Source: an uncultured Bacteroidota bacterium (GTDB taxonomy: Bacteria; Bacteroidota; Bacteroidia; Bacteroidales; VadinHA17). From it: a stretch of DNA of 64,000 nt. The stretch spans positions 563,059 to 627,058 of the forward strand of contig CAWJKD010000005.1 of the NCBI GenBank assembly GCA_963843415.1, given 5' to 3'. Shown here one piece after another: positions 10,968 to 18,360 of this stretch (its first letter is position 1; each line of letters opens with the position of its first letter). The translations under genes were made by a program, and so were the position numbers. The notes under the pieces are model-generated. The model ran no database searches and was not told where the DNA came from. It worked only from the letters and a program-made list of their open reading frames with translations.

Positions 10968-10981
10968 AATATCCAGGTCAA

Positions 10982-11782
10982 GTGAAAAATCAACCAGTCG
11001 GACTTTTCGATTCCGGAGTCGGCGGCCTTACGGTTGCACATGCAATAAAACAAATACTGCCGGGAGAAAGTCTTATTTATTTCGGCGACACTGCTCACCT
11101 TCCTTACGGTGACAAATCAGCAGAGGCAATTAAATATTATTCCCGAAGAATAACTGAATTTCTTCTGGACCATAATTCCAAGGTTGTTCTTGTAGCTTGT
11201 AATTCAGCATCATCATCGGCTTTTGATACCCTGAAGCAGGAATTTGAAAACAGAGTAATTCTGATCGATGTCATTGATCCGGTTGTTGAACACATGAGTA
11301 CAAGAAATTTTAAAAAGATCGGTGTCATCGGAACAAAAAGAACAATCAGCTCCGGAACCTACGAGATCAAGCTCAGAGAAAAATCACCGGAAACCGCTGT
11401 CGTTTCTTTGGCAACTCCTTTACTTGTACCAATGATTGAGGAGGGATTTATCTTTGATGATATAAGCAATGCTATTTTGCGGGCATATCTTACTGATCAG
11501 ACATTGGCTGGTATTCAGGCACTTATACTGGGATGCACACATTATCCGATAATTAAAAATCAGATAAGCAAAATATTTAATTTCAATATCGAGGTTATTG
11601 ATTCGGCAAAAATAGTGGCAGTCATATTGAGGGATGTCCTTGAAAAGAAAAACCTGCTTAACGACTCCGGTAAAGTAGAGGACAGGTTTTTTGTTTCAGA
11701 TTATACCTCGTATTTCGAGAAGATTGCCAGAATGTTTTTCGAAGGTGAGATTAATCTGAAGAAAGCAGATATCTGGAATTAA
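10982..11782 (+). CDS. murI: glutamate racemase
   Basis: 266 aa, GTG start. FDSGVGGLTV, ACNSASS and GCTHYP catalytic-Cys motifs. Confidence 0.9.
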   Translation: MKNQPVGLFDSGVGGLTVAHAIKQILPGESLIYFGDTAHLPYGDKSAEAIKYYSRRITEFLLDHNSKVVLVACNSASSSAFDTLKQEFENRVILIDVIDPVVEHMSTRNFKKIGVIGTKRTISSGTYEIKLREKSPETAVVSLATPLLVPMIEEGFIFDDISNAILRAYLTDQTLAGIQALILGCTHYPIIKNQISKIFNFNIEVIDSAKIVAVILRDVLEKKNLLNDSGKVEDRFFVSDYTSYFEKIARMFFEGEINLKKADIWN

Positions 11783-12016
11783 AGTTCATGTACCCACCCT
11801 CTTGTGTTCCCCTCCTTGCACCTGCAGGAAGGAGGATAGAGGATCGGTATGTGTGATGACTGAAGGAAAATCAGTAAGTACCCCCCATAATAATATGATC
11901 AATATCATATGTGATTATCTCTGTTTTTACGTTTTTCGAACTATAAAAAACTAATTTTGTATAACGCAAATATTTGATTAAGTGCAAAAAAGCCTTATAA
12001 TTAATTTGTAACAGTT

Positions 12017-13861
12017 ATGGCTAAAAGCTCAGAAGCTATTAAAAGAGAAGAGGTGGTGATCCGTTTCTCCGGCGATTCAGGAGATGGCATGCAACTTACA
12101 GGAACGCTATTTTCCGATACAGCGGCTTTGTTTGGTAACGACCTGTCAACGTTCCCTGATTATCCTGCCGAAATAAGGGCACCTCAGGGTACTGTAGGAG
12201 GAGTGTCAGGATTCCAGGTTCACCTGGGGCATTCAGAGATAAATACTCCCGGTGATTATGCAGACGTTCTTGTCGCTATGAATCCGGCTGCAGTAAAAGC
12301 AAACGCCAGGTGGGTTAAACCTGGTGGTACTATTATTTTTGATAAAGACAATTTCACTGAAAAAAATATTGAAAAAGCAGGATATGTTAGCGATCCAGTC
12401 ACTGAAGAAAAACTTGAAACCTATAATATCATCGCAGCACCTATTTCCTCAATGGTCAAAGAAGCTTTGAAGGACTTTGGCCTGGATCCCAAATCAGTGC
12501 TGAGGACAAAAAATATGTTTGCTCTGGGAATGGTCTACTGGCTCTTCAACAGAAAGCTGAAATATACCGAACAATATTTTGAAAAAAAGTTTTCCAAGAA
12601 ACCCGAAATTGCTGAGGCCAACAAAGTTGCTCTGCGAACAGGCTATTATTATGCTGAGACAATTGAAGCTCTTAATCCTGTAATTAAAATTGAACCAGCG
12701 CAGATAGCCCCCGGAACATACAGAAATATTTGCGGCAATAATGCAACAGCCTGGGGATTTCTTGCTGCTGCTGAAAAAGCAGGAGTGAAGGTATTTATAG
12801 GTTCCTATCCAATCACTCCGGCAACGGGTATTCTGGAAGAAATGGCTGCACGTAAAGATTTAGGCGTCAAGAGTTTTCAGGCTGAAGATGAAATTGCAGG
12901 AATTTGTACTGCGCTTGGGGCAAGTTTCGCCGGGAACCTGGCAGTCACTTCAACATCAGGACCTGGTCTTGCACTTAAATCGGAAGCCATCGGACTTGCA
13001 GTAATGGCCGAGCTCCCGATTGTGATTGTCAATGTTCAGAGGGGAGGTCCTTCGACCGGACTTCCAACCAAAACAGAACAGGCGGACCTGATGCAGGCAC
13101 TCTATGGCAGAAGTGGTGAAAGTCCGGTAGTTGTAATTGCAGCAAGCACTCCCTCAGACTGTTTCCGTTTTGCTTATGAAGCTTCAAAAATTGCACTTGA
13201 AAGGATGACTCCTGTTTTACTACTGACCGATGGGTATCTTGCCAACGGATCAGAGCCCTGGAAGATCCCGGAGATGAAAGATCTGCCAGAGATAAATCCA
13301 CCCTTTGCTGATAAAAAAGATATTCCATTCCTTCCCTATAAGCGCGATTGTGAAAAGCTCGTACGATCATGGGCAATACCAGGTACCCCCGGACTTGAGC
13401 ACAGGATAGGTGGTCTTGAAAAGACAATTAAGGGAACGGTCTCATATATTCCCGAAAACCATGAACTGATGGTAAAGACGAGGGCAGAGAAGGTCGCAAA
13501 AATTGCTGATGAAATTCCGGATCTGGTTGTTTATGGTGAGAGCTCGGGAGATCTGCTCCTGACAGGATGGGGCGGTTCCCGGGGTTATCTCATTACGGCA
13601 GCTAATGAGCTGCAGGCTGAAGGTTATAAAGTAAGCTTTACTAATTTTAACTATATAAATCCCTTACCAAAAAATGTCAGTACGATATTCGGTAATTTTA
13701 AAAAGATCGTTGTTGCAGAACTAAACTTAGGGCAATTTGCAGATTATCTGCGTATTAAGCACCCTGGATTTAAGTATTACCAGATCAATAAAGTTCAGGG
13801 AATGCCATTCACAATAGCAGAAATAAAAGAACAATGCATCAAAATACTGGAGGATGAATAA
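12017..13861 (+). CDS. korA: 2-oxoglutarate/2-oxoacid:ferredoxin oxidoreductase, alpha subunit (fused alpha-gamma type)
   Basis: 614 aa. N-terminal gamma-like domain (FSGDSGDGMQLTG) followed by an alpha domain (YPITPAT, EDEIAG). Confidence 0.85.
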   Translation: MAKSSEAIKREEVVIRFSGDSGDGMQLTGTLFSDTAALFGNDLSTFPDYPAEIRAPQGTVGGVSGFQVHLGHSEINTPGDYADVLVAMNPAAVKANARWVKPGGTIIFDKDNFTEKNIEKAGYVSDPVTEEKLETYNIIAAPISSMVKEALKDFGLDPKSVLRTKNMFALGMVYWLFNRKLKYTEQYFEKKFSKKPEIAEANKVALRTGYYYAETIEALNPVIKIEPAQIAPGTYRNICGNNATAWGFLAAAEKAGVKVFIGSYPITPATGILEEMAARKDLGVKSFQAEDEIAGICTALGASFAGNLAVTSTSGPGLALKSEAIGLAVMAELPIVIVNVQRGGPSTGLPTKTEQADLMQALYGRSGESPVVVIAASTPSDCFRFAYEASKIALERMTPVLLLTDGYLANGSEPWKIPEMKDLPEINPPFADKKDIPFLPYKRDCEKLVRSWAIPGTPGLEHRIGGLEKTIKGTVSYIPENHELMVKTRAEKVAKIADEIPDLVVYGESSGDLLLTGWGGSRGYLITAANELQAEGYKVSFTNFNYINPLPKNVSTIFGNFKKIVVAELNLGQFADYLRIKHPGFKYYQINKVQGMPFTIAEIKEQCIKILEDE

Positions 13862-14885
13862 TATGGAAGAGGTTAAGACATTTCAATATACACCGAAAGA
13901 TTTTAAGAGCGATCAGGAGGTGAGATGGTGCCCGGGTTGCGGTGATCATGCAGTCCTCAATTCAATTCAGAAAGCTCTGTCTGAACTCGGCATTCCGAAG
14001 GAGAAATTTGCTTTCATTTCAGGTATAGGCTGCTCATCAAGATTCCCATACTACATGGATACTTACGGCTTTCATGGGATCCATGGCCGTGCTGCAGCCA
14101 TTGCTACAGGAGTAAAAGCTTCTAATCCTGAATTATCTGTATGGGATATAACGGGTGACGGAGATGCTCTGGCAATTGGCGGAAACCACTTTATTCATGC
14201 GATCCGCAGGAATATTGATATTAATATCATTCTGTTTAACAACGAAATATACGGTCTTACTAAAGGCCAGTATTCACCAACTTCCGGAAGAGGGCTTGTT
14301 ACAAAAACATCACCTTTTGGCACAATTGAGGAACCATTTTCAATAGGAGAACTTGTGGTCGGGGCAAGAGGTAAGTTCTTTGCCCGTACTGTCGATGCAA
14401 ATGTAACCCTGTCTACCCAGATCTATATTGAAGCTGCAAAACACAAGGGTACGTCAGTTGTGGAGGTGCTTCAAAATTGTGTGATCTTTAACGATGGGAT
14501 ACATGATGTTGTAACGGCAAGGGAAGTACGTGAAGACAGGACTATTATCCTGAAGCAGGGGAAACCGATGATATTTGGAAAGGAAAATGATAAAGGCCTG
14601 ATCCTGGAAGGATTGAAACTCAAAGTTGTCAGACTGGGAGAAAATGGCATCAGTGAGAAAGATCTTATGGTTCACGATGCTTTAGAGCCTAATCCCGGAA
14701 TACAGTATATGCTGGCTAACATGAGCTATCCTGAGTATCCTGTTGCTCTTGGTGTAATACGTTCAGTTAAAGGGAATACCTATGAAACGGAAATGGCAGA
14801 GCAGATAAAGACTGTTCAGAAAAGTGCAAAAATTAAATGTGTTGATGATCTGCTGAAGAGCGGTTCAACCTGGAAAGTAGAATAA
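13854..14885 (+). CDS. korB: 2-oxoglutarate/2-oxoacid:ferredoxin oxidoreductase, beta (TPP-binding) subunit
   Basis: 343 aa. WCPGCGDH, GIGCSSR, and the TPP motif GDGD...IGGNH...N.NN.IYGLTKGQ. Overlaps korA by 8 nt. Confidence 0.85.
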   Translation: MNNMEEVKTFQYTPKDFKSDQEVRWCPGCGDHAVLNSIQKALSELGIPKEKFAFISGIGCSSRFPYYMDTYGFHGIHGRAAAIATGVKASNPELSVWDITGDGDALAIGGNHFIHAIRRNIDINIILFNNEIYGLTKGQYSPTSGRGLVTKTSPFGTIEEPFSIGELVVGARGKFFARTVDANVTLSTQIYIEAAKHKGTSVVEVLQNCVIFNDGIHDVVTAREVREDRTIILKQGKPMIFGKENDKGLILEGLKLKVVRLGENGISEKDLMVHDALEPNPGIQYMLANMSYPEYPVALGVIRSVKGNTYETEMAEQIKTVQKSAKIKCVDDLLKSGSTWKVE

Positions 14886-14902
14886 GCTTCATTTATATTA
14901 AA

Positions 14903-17900
14903 GTGAAAGATAATACTCAAATAAGCCCTGAATATCATCGTTTAATGCATGAACAGCATGAACGTTTAAAGGAGCTTGGATGTATTAATCAAACTACATA
15001 TATCCTGAAAGAGGGGAAACCGATTGAGGAAACGCTCCAGCAGGTGGTCCTCCTCTTACCTGCCGCATGGCAATATCCGGGATATACAGAAGCCCGTATC
15101 TCCTATATTGATAAAAAGTTCGAGACGCCGCTTTTCAGGGAGACAAACTGGATGATGAAACAGGAATTCAGCACCATTGATAATGAAAATGGTTTAATAG
15201 AGATCTGTTATACCCAGGAGTTCCGTGAAGAAGACGAAGGTCCGTTTCTGAAAGAAGAGAGAGATCTGATCCAGAATATTGCCGGTTTGATCACAGGTTA
15301 TATTAATAGTGCAAAAGCCCGCGATATAATTCTGAAAAAACAGGTTTCCGGTGAAGAAGTCGAAGACCTGAGGGATGTGACAAGCCGGGAGTTGCTGCAA
15401 AGATTCCTTGAACGTCATAACGCTGAACGGGATGTATTTCACGACCTCCAGCCATTTAAGGTGAAAGAGATACTGCTTGTGGCAAATCTGTATGATGCCT
15501 ATTCTATTGAAGGTGAAGGCAGATTCGCCGACCACATGCTTGGGGAATACTACCAGCTGAGCCTGACCTCGCTACCGAGAGTAACAGGAGTTTCAAGCGA
15601 GGAAGAAGCTTTCAACAGGCTGAAAGCCAGACATTATGATATGGTAATTATAATGATTGGCATTCATAAGGAAGGTTCAATTGTGTTATGCAGGAAAATC
15701 AAGGACAAGTATCCTTATATGCCTACATTCCTTCTTTTGAATAATCCGGATGATGTTCCTTTTGTTAAAAAGCAAAAAGCTGCAGGCATACCGATCGACA
15801 ATTATTTTGTCTGGACCGGTGAATCGAAAGTCTTTTTTGCAATGGTTAATCTTCTGGAGGACAGGGTGAATGTCGACAATGACACATCTAAAGGATTTAT
15901 TGGTGTGATCCTGATAGTGGAGGATTCGGCAGAATATTATTCGAGTTACCTCCCAATGCTCTACACCCTGGTGATGGAACAAACCAAAAATCTTATCGAG
16001 GAAGTATCGGCCGATGAACTCTACAAAGTATTAAAGCTTAAAACAAGACCAAAGATCCTCCTGGCTTCAAACTGGGAAGATGCTATCACTATCTTTAATA
16101 AATATGAAAATAATCTTCTTTGTGTTATTTCTGATATAAGTTTTCCAAAGAATGGAGTCAATCAGGATACAGCAGGTTTTGAGTTAATTAAGCATATAAA
16201 AACAGAGCTGCCAAACCTTCCGACAGTTCTTCAGTCTGCAGACCCCGAGAATGCAAAACTTGCATTCAACCTGAAATCAAATTTTATAAATAAGAATTCA
16301 GAAAGCCTGATGAAGGATCTGAAATCGTTTATAAATTACTATCTGGGCTTTGGACATTTTGTATACAGGGATGATAAAGGACGTCAGATAGCAGTAGCAA
16401 AGTCGATGAAGGAGTTCGAAAGTTATCTTGAAACGGTACCCGAGGATTCGCTTGAATATCATGCAATGCGAAATCATTTCTCTCTATGGCTTATGGCCAG
16501 AGGTGAAGTCAAAATTGCAAAGCAGATAAATCCTGTCAGAGTATCTGAATTTCAAAACCTTAAGGAACTCAGGGGACACCTGCTCAGCCTCATACGAAAG
16601 CGGAGACAGGAGATGAACAAAGGCCGGGTTGTCAATTTTGAAGAGTCAGCTGTAATTGATGAAACTAACGTTGTAAGCCTTTCCAGCGGATCACTGGGAG
16701 GCAAGGGAAGAGGACTGGCCTTTATTAATACTTTGATCAACAGTTTTGAGCTCGGCCGGTTATTACCCGGGATAAACATCAGAACTCCGATTACTGCAAT
16801 AATCGGTACGGATGAATTTGATATGTTCATGGAGCGTAATCATCTGTGGGATAATGTAAAAGAAGAGAAAGATTACGCTGTTCTGCAGAAGAGCTTTCTG
16901 GATGGCAGCCTTAGCTATACTCTCGAAAAAGAGCTCAGAGTTTTTCTGAAACAGATCACTAAACCGATAGCAGTACGCTCATCGAGCCTCTTCGAAGATT
17001 CAATGAATCAGCCATTTTCAGGAGTTTTCGGCACCTATCTTCTCCCAAATAATCATCCGGAATTTGAGATCAGATTAAAGCAACTTACTGAGGCAATAAA
17101 ACTTGTGTTCTCTTCGATATATTCAAAAAGTGCACGTACTTTTTTTGAAGCTATTAATTATAAGATAGAGCTTGAAAAGATGGCTGTGGTTATTCAGGAA
17201 GTTGTTGGAGCCGGATATGCAGATTTTTTCTATCCGCACATAAGCGGTACAGCGCAATCTTATAATTTTTACCCTGTCGCGCATATGACACCAAAAGACG
17301 GAGTAGCAGTGATAGCAGTGGGACTGGGACATTATGTTGCTGAGGGTGAACGGGCATTCCGTTTCTCTCCTGCTTACCCTACACTCGACATAATTTCGCA
17401 GCAGGATCTTTATAAGAATTCACAGGTCAGTTTTTATGCAGTTGATCTGGCTAAAAAAGATCTGAACCTTCTTGATGGAGAAAAGGCAGGTCTTATCTCT
17501 CTGGATATCAGTAAGGCTGAAACACATGGAACTCTTAATCATTCAGCTTCGGTGATGAATGTGGATAATGATACGATCATCCCGGGATTAGACAGCACAG
17601 GCCCAAGGGTTATTAATTTCGCAGATATTCTTAAATATGGGTATATCCCGCTGGCTTCAACACTGAAAACTATTCTTGATGTGGTTGCCGAAGCAACAGC
17701 AAATCCCGCGGAAATTGAATTTGCTGTTGATCTGACAAAGGATGAGGACGGAAATGCCTCATTCTACCTTCTCCAGATAAAACCACTTATAGGAAGCGGA
17801 GCCGGTTATACAATTGATCCTGAAAGTATTAATAATGACGATCTCATACTGGAAACAAAAAAGAGTATGGGTAACGGGCTAATTGAAAATATTACTGATC

Positions 17901-18349
17901 TTATTTATCTGGAAACTGAAAAATTTAATAACCTGTACACAATCAGTATGGTTGAGGAGATCGACAGGCTTAATGAGAAAATGTTTAACGAAAACCGGAA
18001 TTATGTTTTAATAGGTCCGGGGAGATGGGGAACCCACGATAAATTCCTTGGAATACCTGTCGCATGGCCTCAGATTTCAAATGCAAAGGTTATCGTGGAA
18101 GTCGGAATTCCCGGATTTCACCTCGATGCATCACTCGGTTCACATTTCTTTCATAATGTCACTTCCATGAAAGTGGGCTATTTCTCAGTTGATGAGTCAT
18201 CACATGAAGGAACGATAAACTGGGACAAGCTTTCGGAACAACATGTAATAGAAAAAGGCAGATACTTCAGACATGTCCGGTTTGAAAAACCTCTTCTTAT
18301 CAGGATGGATGGACGAAAGGGAATTGCAGTCATATCACTGAACAAGTAA
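14903..18349 (+). CDS. multidomain protein of unknown function: N-terminal sensor-like module, degenerate receiver, receiver, PEPS/PPDK-type ATP-grasp (PPDK_N-like), unassigned C-terminal domain
   Basis: 1148 aa, GTG start (next ATG at 14945). ATP-grasp motifs: GSLGGKGRGLAFIN, IAVRSSSLFEDSMNQPFSGV, MAVVIQEVV, SGTAQSYN, EIEFAVD, YLLQIKP. Receiver residues are ED340-341, D411, S445 and K464. 17 nt after korB. Confidence 0.8.
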   Translation: MKDNTQISPEYHRLMHEQHERLKELGCINQTTYILKEGKPIEETLQQVVLLLPAAWQYPGYTEARISYIDKKFETPLFRETNWMMKQEFSTIDNENGLIEICYTQEFREEDEGPFLKEERDLIQNIAGLITGYINSAKARDIILKKQVSGEEVEDLRDVTSRELLQRFLERHNAERDVFHDLQPFKVKEILLVANLYDAYSIEGEGRFADHMLGEYYQLSLTSLPRVTGVSSEEEAFNRLKARHYDMVIIMIGIHKEGSIVLCRKIKDKYPYMPTFLLLNNPDDVPFVKKQKAAGIPIDNYFVWTGESKVFFAMVNLLEDRVNVDNDTSKGFIGVILIVEDSAEYYSSYLPMLYTLVMEQTKNLIEEVSADELYKVLKLKTRPKILLASNWEDAITIFNKYENNLLCVISDISFPKNGVNQDTAGFELIKHIKTELPNLPTVLQSADPENAKLAFNLKSNFINKNSESLMKDLKSFINYYLGFGHFVYRDDKGRQIAVAKSMKEFESYLETVPEDSLEYHAMRNHFSLWLMARGEVKIAKQINPVRVSEFQNLKELRGHLLSLIRKRRQEMNKGRVVNFEESAVIDETNVVSLSSGSLGGKGRGLAFINTLINSFELGRLLPGINIRTPITAIIGTDEFDMFMERNHLWDNVKEEKDYAVLQKSFLDGSLSYTLEKELRVFLKQITKPIAVRSSSLFEDSMNQPFSGVFGTYLLPNNHPEFEIRLKQLTEAIKLVFSSIYSKSARTFFEAINYKIELEKMAVVIQEVVGAGYADFFYPHISGTAQSYNFYPVAHMTPKDGVAVIAVGLGHYVAEGERAFRFSPAYPTLDIISQQDLYKNSQVSFYAVDLAKKDLNLLDGEKAGLISLDISKAETHGTLNHSASVMNVDNDTIIPGLDSTGPRVINFADILKYGYIPLASTLKTILDVVAEATANPAEIEFAVDLTKDEDGNASFYLLQIKPLIGSGAGYTIDPESINNDDLILETKKSMGNGLIENITDLIYLETEKFNNLYTISMVEEIDRLNEKMFNENRNYVLIGPGRWGTHDKFLGIPVAWPQISNAKVIVEVGIPGFHLDASLGSHFFHNVTSMKVGYFSVDESSHEGTINWDKLSEQHVIEKGRYFRHVRFEKPLLIRMDGRKGIAVISLNK

Positions 18350-18360
18350 TAATGTAGAAT

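Noticed and set aside
11783-11890. SRP (4.5S) RNA or another known small RNA in the GC-rich block
   Set aside because: GCAGGAAGGAGGA superficially resembles the SRP GGAAGGAAGCAG region. However, the block ends are direct rather than inverted repeats, so no terminal helix can form, and the GNRA-closing context is wrong.
11893-11910. The palindromes upstream of korA (11893-11910) and pit (58022-58043) being the same operator motif
   Set aside because: Both contain ATGAT/ATCAT half-sites, but the half-site spacing differs (4 nt versus 8 nt between cores) and the flanks do not match. In AT-rich DNA this is probably coincidence.
13029-13427. A 132-aa minus-strand ORF inside korA. The same applies to other antisense or alternate-frame ORFs: 2010-2381, 15194-15535, 22333-22725, 26457-26834, 37437-37779, 38387-38779, 39879-40271, 42932-43246, 53303-53671 and 53831-54172.
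   Set aside because: All of them lie wholly within strongly supported genes on the other strand or in another frame, and none has a recognisable domain pattern.
18029-18040. GTHD in the C-terminal module of protein A as a PEP-utilizers-type phosphohistidine site
   Set aside because: The paralog has GSTD (no His) at the same position. The T-H spacing and the distance to LGIPV also do not fit the G-[GA]-x-[TN]-x-H...R swivel-domain signature.
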